Below, piece by piece: positions 1-9,088 of a DNA stretch of 64,000 nt. Numbering within the stretch: the stretch's first letter is position 1; each line of letters begins with the position of its first letter. The position numbers and the translations under genes are program-made. The notes under the pieces were generated by a model, which saw nothing but the letters and a program-made list of their open reading frames with translations, had not been told where the DNA came from and did not search any database. Source of the DNA: Burkholderiales bacterium (lineage in GTDB: Bacteria; Pseudomonadota; Gammaproteobacteria; Burkholderiales; SG8-39); assembly GCA_035317085.1 (NCBI GenBank), contig DATHHS010000216.1, positions 4,963 through 68,962 on the forward strand, written 5' to 3'.

Positions 1-353
1 AGGTTGCCGTCCGGATCGCGTACGTACACCGAACGGATCGGCCCCTGCGCGCCGGCTTTCATCACCGGCCCCTCTATGATAGACAGCTTGCACGCGGCGA
101 GGCGCGCGATCACGTCCTCGAGCGGCACCGCCGCGATGAAGCAGATGTCGAGCGTGCCCGGCGCGGCAAGCGTCGCCCTGGGCTCGAACTCCTTTCCCTT
201 TTCGTGGAGATTGATTTTCTGCCTGCCGAACTTGAGCGCCATCCGGCCTTCGCCGAAGCGCTCGAACTTCATGCCGAGCACCCGCGTGTAGAAGTCGATG
301 CATTGCTCGGTGCGGGCCGTGGTGAGGACGATGTGGTCGAGATGATCGATCAC
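1..353 (-). CDS. VOC (glyoxalase/bleomycin-resistance/dioxygenase) family protein; 3' end runs off the window
   Basis: My own reverse translation from GTG at 353 gives VIDHLDHIVLTTARTEQCIDFYTRVLGMKFERFGEGRMALKFGRQKINLHEKGKEF...SVYVRDPDGNL, a typical VOC module. GGAG lies 9 nt upstream. It is absent from the ORF track because there is no stop inside the window. Confidence 0.6.
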   Translation of the reverse strand, partial: MIDHLDHIVLTTARTEQCIDFYTRVLGMKFERFGEGRMALKFGRQKINLHEKGKEFEPRATLAAPGTLDICFIAAVPLEDVIARLAACKLSIIEGPVMKAGAQGPIRSVYVRDPDGN

Positions 354-369
354 GGCAGATTGCTCCAAT

Positions 370-457
370 TAAAACCGGGGACAGACCACGTTTATATGCC
401 GTGGGAGTGAAACGAGCGAAGTGGGATTCAGAAAAACGTGGTCTGTCCCCGGTTTTA
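370..457 (-). terminator. 24-bp perfect inverted repeat (370-393 / 434-457) with a 40-nt spacer; possible terminator or attenuator downstream of the cytochrome c gene
   Basis: The arms TAAAACCGGGGACAGACCACGTTT and AAACGTGGTCTGTCCCCGGTTTTA pair perfectly. T-runs follow the stem on both strands. The element lies between the cytochrome c stop (477) and the VOC gene RBS (363-366). Confidence 0.4.
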
Positions 458-476
458 TTCGGCTAGGCGCGCGGGC

Positions 477-1277
477 TCATTTGACCGCGGCGACCATGTA
501 ATCTACCGCTGCCTTCACCTCTGCATCGGACAGGGTGAGGTTGCCGCCTCTGGGCGGCATCGCGCCGAGGCCCTTGAGCGCATTCTCGTACAGATGCTCG
601 GTGCCGTGCATGAGGTGCATGCTCCACGCCGCCTTGTCGCCGAACTTCGGCGCGTTCGCGACACCGGCGCCATGGCACGCGATGCAGGTGGCATCGTAGA
701 TTTTCTTACCGTCCGCTTTGCCTGCCGCGCCCTGCACGTTGCTCGCCGTGCTTTGCGCCTTGCCCGCAGCGCCCGGTGCTTCGATCGCCGGTTCCTTGAA
801 TTTCGCGCCGGCCGCGTTCGCCATGAACACCACCGCGCGCTCCACCTCGACGTCGGAGAGGTCCGATGCGCCGCCGCGCGGAGGCATCGCGCCCTGGCCT
901 TTCAGCGCCACCTGGACGAGCTTTTTCTGGCCCTCGGCCAGGCGCCGCGCCCAATCGCGCCGATCGCCGAATTTCGGCGCCTTGGCCACCCCGGTCGCGT
1001 GGCAGGCCGTGCAGACGGACTTGTATATCTCTTCCCCGGTCTTGAGGACTTTGCTCCCCGGTCCCGCGATGCGCATATTGCTTTCGGCGACCGGCTTGAT
1101 GCGCTTCCCGACTTCCTCCAGCGACATCGCCGGGCTGTCCTTGTCGTAGACCCGTCCGCTCGAGGCGAGTTTTGCGAGCATCACGATGATGATGATCGGA
1201 ACGACGAACGACAGCACCAGGACGGTGACGAGCTGCTTGGGAGTCTTGATCAGGGATTCGTGCGCGTTTCCGCTCAT
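477..1277 (-). CDS. Membrane-anchored diheme c-type cytochrome (cytochrome c5-like)
   Basis: Two CxxCH heme motifs (CTACH, CIACH), each followed by GAMPPRGG. N-terminal TM helix LVTVLVLSFVVPIIIIVMLA. I chose ATG 1277; the upstream part of the 415-aa track ORF is R/S/A-rich and overlaps nadC in antisense. Confidence 0.8.
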   Translation of the reverse strand: MSGNAHESLIKTPKQLVTVLVLSFVVPIIIIVMLAKLASSGRVYDKDSPAMSLEEVGKRIKPVAESNMRIAGPGSKVLKTGEEIYKSVCTACHATGVAKAPKFGDRRDWARRLAEGQKKLVQVALKGQGAMPPRGGASDLSDVEVERAVVFMANAAGAKFKEPAIEAPGAAGKAQSTASNVQGAAGKADGKKIYDATCIACHGAGVANAPKFGDKAAWSMHLMHGTEHLYENALKGLGAMPPRGGNLTLSDAEVKAAVDYMVAAVK

Positions 1278-1428
1278 TTCCGGAGCCTCGGGCGGCGTAG
1301 AAGAGCGCGCATTATATAACCTCAGTCGGCCGCCGTCAGATGGCGACAAGCTTGCCGCCGTTTTCTCGAAGGCCGATAATCCATGGCCGACCGGAGACCT
1401 CGCGGCTCTGCGACCGTACCGCCTTCCC

Positions 1429-2271
1429 ATGATCGATCCCCTCCTCCTCGAAGAACTGATCGACTCGGCGCTCGCCGAGGACATCGGGTTTTGCGACCTC
1501 ACCTCGGAGCTGGTGATCCCCGAGGAGGCGCGCGCCGAGCTCGCTCTCAACGCGCGCCAGGATCTGGTCGTGGCCGGAGTTGGCGTCGCTGCGCGGGTGT
1601 TCCGCCGCCGCGTGCCGGAGTGCCGCATCGATCTGCGGGTCAAGGACGGCGAGCGCGTCAAGGCAGGCGCCGCGATGGGACGGGTGGAAGGTCCGGCGCG
1701 CGGGCTGCTCGCCGTCGAGCGCACCGCCCTGAATTTTCTTCAGCACCTCTCCGGAGTCGCGACGCTCACGGCGCAGTACGTCGAACGCATCGCGGGCACG
1801 CGCGCGGTGCTGATCGACACGCGCAAGACGACGCCGGGCCTGCGCGCGCTGGAGAAGCACGCCGCGCAGATGGGTGGCGCGCGCAACCACCGCCTGCGCC
1901 TGGACGACGGCGTGCTGATCAAGGACAACCACATCAGCGTCTGCGGCTCGATCGCCGTTGCTGTTCAGCGCGCGCGCTCCGGCGTTCCCGTGCTGACGAA
2001 GATCGAGGTCGAATGCGACACCCTCGAACAGGTAAAGGAAGCGCTCCAGGCCGGCGCCGACATGATCCTGCTCGACAACATGAGTCCCGATGAGCTGCGC
2101 AAGGCGGTCGCGCTCTCCGGCGGCCGCGTGCCGCTCGAGGCCTCGGGCGGAGTGCGGCTGGAAACGATCCGCGCCATCGCGGAGACCGGCGTCGATTTCA
2201 TTTCGGTCGGCCGCATCACGCAATCCGCGCCCGCCGTGGATATCGGCCTGGACGCGGTGATACGGGTCTAG
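1429..2271 (+). CDS. nadC: Nicotinate-nucleotide diphosphorylase (quinolinate phosphoribosyltransferase)
   Basis: MIDPLLLEELIDSALAEDIGFCDLTSE... and TRKTTPGLRALEKHAAQMGGARNHRLRLDDGVLIKDNH are the QPRTase pattern. The internal ATG at 1429 was chosen over the 1186 start of the track ORF. Confidence 0.9.
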   Translation: MIDPLLLEELIDSALAEDIGFCDLTSELVIPEEARAELALNARQDLVVAGVGVAARVFRRRVPECRIDLRVKDGERVKAGAAMGRVEGPARGLLAVERTALNFLQHLSGVATLTAQYVERIAGTRAVLIDTRKTTPGLRALEKHAAQMGGARNHRLRLDDGVLIKDNHISVCGSIAVAVQRARSGVPVLTKIEVECDTLEQVKEALQAGADMILLDNMSPDELRKAVALSGGRVPLEASGGVRLETIRAIAETGVDFISVGRITQSAPAVDIGLDAVIRV

Positions 2272-2272
2272 C

Positions 2273-2866
2273 ATGGCCAGGCATTCGGTCTGCCTTTTCT
2301 GCTCGGCGATCGAGAATCTGCCGGCGGCGGCGCGCGAGCTCGCCGCGGAATTCGGCGCGGCATGCGCGGCGCGGGGCTTTCGCCTGGTCTATGGCGGAAG
2401 CGGCCGGGGATTGATGGGAATCGCCGCGCGCGCGGCCGCCGCGGCGGGCGGCGAAGTGCTCGGCATCATGCCGCGCCATCTCATGCGCCCGGAGCACGCC
2501 GCGGCCGACCTCGGTACGCTGAAAATCGTGGAGACACTCGCCGAGCGCAAACAGTTGATGACCGACTCAGCCGATCTCTTCGTCGCCCTGCCCGGCGGCA
2601 TCGGGACGCTGGACGAGCTGCTGGAAATGCTCACGATGAACGACCTCGGCCTGCAGGACAAGCCCGTGATCCTGTGCGCGACTGATGGTTTCTGGCAGCC
2701 CTTCATGACGATGATCGAGCGCTTCCGCGCGTACGGCGTGCTGCGGCCTAGCGTCGAGCGCACGCTGCGCATTACCTCCTCAGTCGAGGAGGCCATGCGC
2801 GTCATCGAGGACCATTTGTCATCCGCCACCCGGCCGGGGCCGGCCGCCGCATCGGGCAGTGTATAA
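2273..2866 (+). CDS. LOG family protein (TIGR00730-type, cytokinin riboside 5'-monophosphate phosphoribohydrolase-like)
   Basis: Motifs VYGGSGRGLMG and PGGIGTLDELLE. Starts 2 nt after the nadC stop. Confidence 0.85.
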   Translation: MARHSVCLFCSAIENLPAAARELAAEFGAACAARGFRLVYGGSGRGLMGIAARAAAAAGGEVLGIMPRHLMRPEHAAADLGTLKIVETLAERKQLMTDSADLFVALPGGIGTLDELLEMLTMNDLGLQDKPVILCATDGFWQPFMTMIERFRAYGVLRPSVERTLRITSSVEEAMRVIEDHLSSATRPGPAAASGSV

Positions 2867-2878
2867 TTTTTCTTCCCC

Positions 2879-2954
2879 GCGCCCGTAGCTCAGGGGATAG
2901 AGTGATGGCCTCCGAAGCCATAGGTCGCGCGTTCGATTCGCGCCGGGCGCGCCA
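2879..2954 (+). tRNA. tRNA-Arg (anticodon CCG), encoded CCA end
   Basis: Hand-folded cloverleaf: acceptor GCGCCCG/CGGGCGC, D arm GCTC-AGGGGATA-GAGT, anticodon arm ATGGC-CTCCGAA-GCCAT, variable loop AGGTC, T arm GCGCG-TTCGATT-CGCGC, discriminator G, then CCA. Total 76 nt. Confidence 0.9.
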
Positions 2955-2988
2955 CACCGATTCCGTTCGCTTGCGCGCAGAGGTTGCG

Positions 2989-3975
2989 ATGCGAAGCTCG
3001 ACCCCCCTCCTTGCGATCCCGCTATTTCTTTGCAGCGTCGGTGTTTTCGCCGGCGGCTCGAACTACGGCGTCGTTCCCGGAACGAATCCGCTCGCCGGCA
3101 AGATCACCGAGTGGCCGGTGCCGACTCCGAAGTTCGCCCGCGATCCGGCGCCGGGACCCGACGGAAACATCTACATCACGGTGATGTTCGCCGACCGGAT
3201 TGCGCGCTTCGACGTGAAGACGCAGAAATTCAACGAATGGGATCTCCCGCCGGGCGCGCACCCGCACGGCCTCCTCGTCGACAAGGCCGGCAAGGTCTGG
3301 TACAGCGGGAACGGCAACGGCACCATCGGCGAGCTCGATACGGTGAGCGGGAAAGTCATCGAGCACAAGACCCCTTCCGGAGGCAGTCCGCATACGCTGG
3401 TGATAGACGACGCGGGCGCAATCTGGTTTACCAACCAGTCCGGCTCCGTCGGCAGGCTCGACAGGGCGAGCGGAAAAATCACCGAATACAAGATGTCGGG
3501 CGGGCCTTATGGCCTCACGCTCGACAAACGCGGCAACGTCTGGGTGTGCCGCATGGGCGCGGACAAGATGGGGATCATCGATTCGAAGACGGGAAAGATC
3601 TCGGAGCTGTACATGGGCCCGGGGTCCCAGCCGCGGCGCGTCGCCGCCGCCCCCGACGGCACGCTCTGGGTGACGCTCTACGGCATCGGGAAGCTCGCGC
3701 ACATCGATCCGGCGACGGCCAAGGTCGTCAAGGAATACGAGATGCCGGCAGGCGAGAACGGCGGACCGTACGCGGTGACCGTCGACGGCTCCGGGCGCGT
3801 GTTCGCGAGTGAGATCCGGAAAGACACCGTGGCGATGCTCGATCCGAAAACCGAACAATTCCTGGTATTCCCGCTGCCCTCGAGAAACGTCGGCATCCGC
3901 AAAGCCATCGTCGATGCGCAAGGCCGCTTGTGGTATATGGGCTCGCACAGCGGCCGGCTGGGCATGATCGAATAA
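2989..3975 (+). CDS. Secreted beta-propeller protein, Vgb (virginiamycin B lyase)-like repeat family
   Basis: Signal peptide MRSSTPLLAIPLFLCSVGVFAG. Repeated blades of the type PHGLLVDKAGKVWYSGNGNGTIGELD, PHTLVIDDAGAIWFTNQSGSVGRLD and PYGLTLDKRGNVWVCRMGADKMGIID. ATG 2989 has an AGAGG RBS. The track ORF start at 2902 lies inside the tRNA. Confidence 0.6.
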   Translation: MRSSTPLLAIPLFLCSVGVFAGGSNYGVVPGTNPLAGKITEWPVPTPKFARDPAPGPDGNIYITVMFADRIARFDVKTQKFNEWDLPPGAHPHGLLVDKAGKVWYSGNGNGTIGELDTVSGKVIEHKTPSGGSPHTLVIDDAGAIWFTNQSGSVGRLDRASGKITEYKMSGGPYGLTLDKRGNVWVCRMGADKMGIIDSKTGKISELYMGPGSQPRRVAAAPDGTLWVTLYGIGKLAHIDPATAKVVKEYEMPAGENGGPYAVTVDGSGRVFASEIRKDTVAMLDPKTEQFLVFPLPSRNVGIRKAIVDAQGRLWYMGSHSGRLGMIE

Positions 3976-4030
3976 GAAGGCACCACGAAAACGTTAAAAA
4001 GGGAAAGCAATTCACAGAGGAGCAATTCAC

Positions 4031-5008
4031 ATGTCAAAAATTCAAAAACTGCTGGGATCTCTGGCGCTGACGGCCGCTGCGGTGACGGCTGCCAACGCGC
4101 AAAACTACCCGACCAAGCCGATTTACCTGTACATACCGTTTGCCGCGGGAGGGCCGACCGACACGCTCGGGCGCAACCTCGCGCAGGCGATGGGCAAGCC
4201 GCTCAAGCAACAGGTGATCGTGGAGAACGTCGTCGGTGCGGGCGGCACCATCGCCGTCGCTCGCGCGGCAAAAGCGGCGCCCGACGGCTACACGGTGCTG
4301 CTGCATCACATCGGCATGTCTACCGCGCCTTCGTTGTACCGGACGCTCAGTTTCGACCCGCTCAAGGACTTCGAGTACATCGGTGAAGTGGCCGACGTGC
4401 CGATGACCCTGATCGCGCGCGGCAACTTCCCGGCCGCCAACCTCCAGGAATTCCTGACGTACATCAAGGCGAACAAGGACAAGGTCACCTACGCCAACGC
4501 CGGCCTGGGCGCCGCATCGCACCTGTGCGGTCTCCTGTTCATGACCGCGATCCAGACCGACTTCACCACCGTTCCCTACAAGGGCACGGGGCCGGCGATG
4601 AACGATTTGCTGGGCGGCCAGATCGACTTCATGTGCGACCAGACCACCAACACCACCGGCCAGATCCTGGGCGGCAAGGTGAAGGTGTACGGAGTCACGA
4701 GCAAGAAACGCGTACCCTCGTTGCCGGATATACCCACGCTCGCCGAGCAAGGCATCAAGGATTTCGACGTCGTGGTCTGGCACGGCCTGTACGTTCCAAA
4801 AGGCACGCCGAAGCCCGTGGTGGATCGGCTGGTCGCTGCGCTCCAGGAATCGATCAAGGATCCGGATTTCAAGGCGAACCTCGCCAAGCTCGGCGCCGAG
4901 CCTGTAAGCGCCGATCGTGCGAGGCCTGAAGCTCTGCATAAATTCCTGGAATCGGAAATTGCGAAGTGGGCGCCGATCATAAAGAAGGCCGGGCAGTATG
5001 CAGACTAG
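4031..5008 (+). CDS. Tripartite tricarboxylate transporter substrate-binding protein (Bug/TctC family)
   Basis: Signal peptide, then YPTKPIYLYIPFAAGGPTDTLGR...VVENVVGAGGTIA...DGYTVLL...VPYKGTGPAMNDLLGGQIDFMCDQ, the Bug family pattern. Confidence 0.85.
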   Translation: MSKIQKLLGSLALTAAAVTAANAQNYPTKPIYLYIPFAAGGPTDTLGRNLAQAMGKPLKQQVIVENVVGAGGTIAVARAAKAAPDGYTVLLHHIGMSTAPSLYRTLSFDPLKDFEYIGEVADVPMTLIARGNFPAANLQEFLTYIKANKDKVTYANAGLGAASHLCGLLFMTAIQTDFTTVPYKGTGPAMNDLLGGQIDFMCDQTTNTTGQILGGKVKVYGVTSKKRVPSLPDIPTLAEQGIKDFDVVVWHGLYVPKGTPKPVVDRLVAALQESIKDPDFKANLAKLGAEPVSADRARPEALHKFLESEIAKWAPIIKKAGQYAD

Positions 5009-5040
5009 AGTCCGCGTACGTAGCAAGAGAAAAGGGCGCT

Positions 5041-5070
5041 CGAAGGCGCCCTTTTTGTTTAGAAGTGCGA
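5041..5070. terminator. Bidirectional rho-independent terminator between convergent genes
   Basis: AAAAGGGCGC-tcgaag-GCGCCCTTTT: a 10-bp stem with A-run and T-run flanks, located between the Bug stop (5008) and the hydrolase stop (5075). Confidence 0.6.
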
Positions 5071-5074
5071 AGGA

Positions 5075-5962
5075 TCAGGCCACACCATTCTTCTTGAACC
5101 ACGCAAGCATGCGCTTCCAGCCGTCATCGGCGGCTTCCTTGCGGTAGCTCGGCCGGTAGTCGGCGTTGAAGGCGTGCGGCATGCCGTCGTAGACGTGGAT
5201 CATCGACTGCTTGTCCTTGCCGAAAGCGACCAGCGCGGCGCGCATGCGTTCGACGGCATCCAAGGGGATGCCCGCGTCGGCGCCGCCGTACAGGCCCAGC
5301 ACCGGAGCGTTCAGCTTGTCGGCGACGTCGATCGGCGTGAGCGGCTGGGCCGGCGGGTTGGGATTCAGGCCGCCGTACCAGGACACGCCCGCCTTGATGC
5401 GCTTGCTGTGCGCCGCATACATCCAGACGGTGCGCCCGCCGCGGCAAAAACCGGTGATGCCGAGCTTCTTGGCGTTGGCCTTGGGCTGCTGATCGACCCA
5501 GGCGACGAGCGCGTCCAGGTCCGCGAGCATCTGCTCGTCGGCGAGCGTGTTCGCCTTGCCGACCACTTCCTTCTGGTCGGGGATCTTCGAGAGGTCACCG
5601 ATGCGGAAGAAGGGATCGAGCGTGATCGCGTAGTAGCCCGCCTTCGCCATGCGACGCGCCACGTCCTTGATGTGCTCGTGCATGCCGAACACTTCGGGGA
5701 TGACGATCACCGTGGCGTACTTGCCCGCCTTCTTCGGCGCGGCGAAATACACGGGCAGGTTGCCGCCCGAGACCGGAATCTGCGCCGACCCGACTTCCAG
5801 CCCGTCCGTGGGCGTGACGATCATGGTCTGCGCGCATACCGGCCCGGCGGCGAGCGCGAAGCCCGAAGCAAGGCTGGACGCGATGAACCCGCGCCGCGAG
5901 AACGGAATCTTCGGCAGTAGGCTTTCGAGGTGGGGATCGTCGAACTTGGCGCGGTCGTTCAT
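5075..5962 (-). CDS. Dienelactone hydrolase family protein with Tat-type signal
   Basis: N-terminus FSRRGFIASSLASGFALAAGPVCA (twin-arginine type). Core VIVIPEVFGMHEHIKDVARRMAKAGYYA...GFCRGGR...H matches the DLH alpha/beta-hydrolase pattern. Confidence 0.85.
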   Translation of the reverse strand: MNDRAKFDDPHLESLLPKIPFSRRGFIASSLASGFALAAGPVCAQTMIVTPTDGLEVGSAQIPVSGGNLPVYFAAPKKAGKYATVIVIPEVFGMHEHIKDVARRMAKAGYYAITLDPFFRIGDLSKIPDQKEVVGKANTLADEQMLADLDALVAWVDQQPKANAKKLGITGFCRGGRTVWMYAAHSKRIKAGVSWYGGLNPNPPAQPLTPIDVADKLNAPVLGLYGGADAGIPLDAVERMRAALVAFGKDKQSMIHVYDGMPHAFNADYRPSYRKEAADDGWKRMLAWFKKNGVA

Positions 5963-6005
5963 TCTTCCTCCTTGTTATGGTGCTGGGGTTTGGGAAAACG
6001 CCGTT

Positions 6006-6030
6006 GTAAACAGATAGCAGTAAACAGATA
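6006..6030. repeat. Tandem direct repeat GTAAACAGATA x2 (period 14 bp) upstream of the dienelactone hydrolase gene
   Basis: Exact 11-mers at 6006-6016 and 6020-6030, 44-68 nt upstream of the start codon at 5962. Candidate operator. Confidence 0.4.
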
Positions 6031-6072
6031 TTCTCCGATGTTCATTCCATCGTGGCTAGTCCCCTCGGGAGA

Positions 6073-6381
6073 TCAGCGGCGGCGCGAAAACGCGCGCATC
6101 AACCAGAGCATGAAAACCCCCAGGATGGTGCCTGAAATGATCAACCCGTAGCGCCGCATTTTCTTCTTCCTGCGCTCGGTCTCGGCACGCTCTTCGGCCA
6201 TGAGCTGCGCGAGCCGCTCCGCCGGACTCGGCTTGAGCCTCTCCGGGGCATCCCGCTGTTGCCCTGCGCGAAAAGGCGGGTGCGGCTCAGCGGTCGTAAC
6301 GCCCGTCTTGCGCGCCTCGGCCTCGCGGCGCGCCGCCACAACGAGCGCTTTTTCCCTGGCGGAGAGGTTTTCCTTTTCCAT
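6073..6381 (-). CDS. Hypothetical small tail-anchored membrane protein
   Basis: MEKENLSAREKAL...RKKKMRRYGLIISGTILGVFMLWLMRAFSRRR: charged N-terminal part with a single C-terminal TM helix. ATG 6381 lies 2 nt after the rng stop. The longer 192-aa ORF overlaps rng. Confidence 0.45.
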   Translation of the reverse strand: MEKENLSAREKALVVAARREAEARKTGVTTAEPHPPFRAGQQRDAPERLKPSPAERLAQLMAEERAETERRKKKMRRYGLIISGTILGVFMLWLMRAFSRRR

Positions 6382-6383
6382 GT

Positions 6384-7856
6384 TCACATCAGAATGATAT
6401 CGAACTGCTCCTGGCCGTAGCTCGTCTCGACCTGCATCGAAACGGGCTTGGCTATGAAGTCCCCGAGCATCGCCAGAGACTGCGACTCTTCGTCGAGGAA
6501 CAGGTCGATCACCGACTGGGAAGCGAGGATACGGAACTCGCGCGCGCTGAACTGGCGCGACTCGCGCAGGATCTCGCGCAGGACTTCGTAGCAGACCGTC
6601 TGCGCGGTCTTGACCACGCCGCGCCCGCCGCAGGTCGTGCAGGGCTCGCACAGGACGTGCTCGAGCGATTCCCGCGTGCGCTTGCGGGTCATCTCGACCA
6701 GCCCCAGTCCCGTGAATCCGTTCACCGTGATCCGGGTCCGGTCGCGCGCGAGCGCCTTGTTCAGCTCTGCGAGTACCGCGGCGCGATGCTCCGTATTTTC
6801 CATATCGATGAAGTCGATGATGATGATGCCGCCGAGATTTCGGAGGCGCAGCTGGCGCGCGATCACCTGCGCGGCCTCGAGATTGGTCTTGAAGATCGTG
6901 TCGTCAAAATTGCGGTTGCCGACGTAGCCGCCGGTGTTGACGTCGACCGTGGTCATCGCCTCGGTCTGGTCGAGGATGAGGTAGCCGCCGCTCTTCAATT
7001 CAACCCGGCGCGCGAGCGCGCGCTCGATCTCGTCCTCGACATTGTGAAGATCGAACAGCGGCCGCTCGCCGATGTAGTGCTCCAGTTTCGCGAGCACCTT
7101 GGGCGTGTACTCGGCGGCGAACCCCTGGAGCTTCTGGAAATTCTCGCGCGAGTCGATGACGATACGCCCCGTGCTTTCGCCCGCCATGTCGCGCAGCACC
7201 CGCTGCGCGAGCGACAGATCCTGATAGAGCAGCGTCGGCGCGGGCGAGGTGAAAGCGCGGCCGCGGATGCCGTACCAGAGCTTTCTCAGGTACTCGATGT
7301 CACCGCGCAGCTCCGCATCGGTGGCGGTTTCCGCCACGGTGCGAATAATGAATCCCCCGGTCTCGTCGACGGGCAGCAGATGCTGGAGCTTGTCGCGCAG
7401 GAGCTGCCGCTCGGTCTCGTCCTCGATCCGCTGCGAGATGCCGATGTGAGGGTCTTGCGGGAGATAGACGACCATCCGTCCTGCGATCGAGATCTGGGTC
7501 GAAAGGCGCGCCCCCTTGGTGCCGATGGGGTCTTTGATGACCTGAACGAGCCGCGACTGGCCTTCCGAGAGGATGCGCTCGATCGGTTTGGCCGGCGCGT
7601 CGCTCCTTGCTTGCGTATTTTGACGCTCCTCCCAGATGTCGGCGACGTGAAGGAACGCGGCTCGCTCCAGGCCGATTTCGATAAACGCCGACTGCATGCC
7701 GGGCAGCACGCGCGCCACGCGCCCTACGTAGATATTGCCCACCAGGCCTCGGCTCGCCGAGCGCTCGACGTGCAACTCCTGGGGAACGCCCGCCTGCATC
7801 ACGGCAACGCGGGTTTCCTGCGGCGTGCAGTTGATCAGGATATCTTCCATCATCAA
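6384..7856 (-). CDS. rng: Ribonuclease G
   Basis: EDILINCTPQETRVAVMQAGVPQELHVERSASRGLVGNIYVGRVARVLPGMQSAFIEIG (S1 domain) followed by the RNase E/G catalytic region GGIIIIDFIDM. 490 aa. Confidence 0.9.
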   Translation of the reverse strand: MMMEDILINCTPQETRVAVMQAGVPQELHVERSASRGLVGNIYVGRVARVLPGMQSAFIEIGLERAAFLHVADIWEERQNTQARSDAPAKPIERILSEGQSRLVQVIKDPIGTKGARLSTQISIAGRMVVYLPQDPHIGISQRIEDETERQLLRDKLQHLLPVDETGGFIIRTVAETATDAELRGDIEYLRKLWYGIRGRAFTSPAPTLLYQDLSLAQRVLRDMAGESTGRIVIDSRENFQKLQGFAAEYTPKVLAKLEHYIGERPLFDLHNVEDEIERALARRVELKSGGYLILDQTEAMTTVDVNTGGYVGNRNFDDTIFKTNLEAAQVIARQLRLRNLGGIIIIDFIDMENTEHRAAVLAELNKALARDRTRITVNGFTGLGLVEMTRKRTRESLEHVLCEPCTTCGGRGVVKTAQTVCYEVLREILRESRQFSAREFRILASQSVIDLFLDEESQSLAMLGDFIAKPVSMQVETSYGQEQFDIILM

Positions 7857-7966
7857 AGGACCGGCTGCGCGTCAATCTCGCGCAGCCTGCTTCAAAGCCC
7901 GACCGGCGCCAGCGCCGGTTTTCCCGCCTGGAGTGAGTTCATGATCGCCCCCGTGGATATCCTCGG

Positions 7967-8587
7967 TCATCGGCTCTCGAATTTCGCGATCAGCTGCGTA
8001 GTCTCGTACAGCGGCAGTCCCATGATGCCGGTGTAGCTGCCGTGCAGTTCGGTGACGAAGGCCGCGGCGCGCCCCTGGATCGCATAGGCGCCCGCCTTGT
8101 CGGTCGGCTCGCCGCTCTCGACGTAGGCTTCGATCTCGGGTTCCTCGAGCTCGCAGAAGCGCACCCGGCTCTCGCTCGTGACGAGCTCGGTGCGATCCTC
8201 GAGCTTGAGCGCGACCGCGGTGAGCACGAGGTGCTCGCGCCCGGAGAGCAGCCGCAGCATGCGCGTCGCGTCGGCGGGATCGGCGGGCTTGCCGAGGATC
8301 TTCCCCTCGATGCACACCACCGTATCGGCGGAGAGCACCGGGAACCTGCGCAGCCGGCGCTGCACGATCCTGTCCCAGCCGGCCTCCACCTTGGTGCGGC
8401 AAACGCGCCGGACGTAATCGGCGGGCAACTCGCCCGGCAACTGCGACTCGTCGACGTCGGAACCGCGCGTCGGGTTCTCGCGCAGCACCAGCACTTCGAA
8501 CGAAACGCCGATTTGCTTCAGCAGTTCGCGCCGCCGCGGACTTCGCGAGGCGAGGTAGATCCGGGTCTTCGCAGGGTTCTTGATCAT
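7967..8587 (-). CDS. maf: Maf-like nucleoside triphosphate pyrophosphatase
   Basis: RIYLASRSPRRRELLKQIGVSFEVL...GKP...AGAYAIQG. The position next to rng is the classical arrangement. Confidence 0.9.
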   Translation of the reverse strand: MIKNPAKTRIYLASRSPRRRELLKQIGVSFEVLVLRENPTRGSDVDESQLPGELPADYVRRVCRTKVEAGWDRIVQRRLRRFPVLSADTVVCIEGKILGKPADPADATRMLRLLSGREHLVLTAVALKLEDRTELVTSESRVRFCELEEPEIEAYVESGEPTDKAGAYAIQGRAAAFVTELHGSYTGIMGLPLYETTQLIAKFESR

Positions 8588-9054
8588 TCGCGATGGTAAG
8601 GGTGGCGGTTGAGGATGGAGCTCGCGCGGTAGAGCTGTTCGGCAAGCAGCACGCGCGCGAGCCCGTGCGGCAGCGTCATGGCAGAAACCCGCATGAGCGG
8701 ACCGGCGCCGCTCTTCACCTCGGGCGCGAGACCATCCGCGCCGCCGATGACAAAAGCGATATCGCGCCCGTCCTGGCGCCGCGCGGCCAGCCAGCGCGCA
8801 AGCTCGGCGGTCGTGAATTCACGCCCGCGCTCGTCTAGCGCGACGCGGGACGCTTCGCGAGGCAGCGCGCGCGCGATGCGCCCGGCTTCCGCTTCGAGCA
8901 GCTGTAGCGTCGATTTGCCGCTCGTACGCGGCTCGGGACGGACTTCGATCAGCTCGATCTTCATGTCGCGGGGCATGCGCTTCGCGTAGTCGTGGAAGGC
9001 TTCGTCGACCCAGCCGGGCATTTTCGTTCCTACCGCAATAATCAGGAGCTTCAC
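8584..9054 (-). CDS. rlmH: 23S rRNA (pseudouridine1915-N3)-methyltransferase
   Basis: MKLLIIAVGTKMPGWVDEAFHDYAKRMPRDMKIELIEV...FVIGGADGL...LPHGLARVLLAEQLYRA, 156 aa, SPOUT family. 4-nt overlap with maf. Confidence 0.9.
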   Translation of the reverse strand: MKLLIIAVGTKMPGWVDEAFHDYAKRMPRDMKIELIEVRPEPRTSGKSTLQLLEAEAGRIARALPREASRVALDERGREFTTAELARWLAARRQDGRDIAFVIGGADGLAPEVKSGAGPLMRVSAMTLPHGLARVLLAEQLYRASSILNRHPYHRE

Positions 9055-9088
9055 GAACCTGCCTAGCGGCGGGCAAGCACGAACGATT

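Noticed and set aside
2902-2988. Upstream extension of the Vgb-like ORF
   Set aside because: It starts inside the tRNA-Arg gene. ATG 2989 gives a normal signal peptide and has an RBS.
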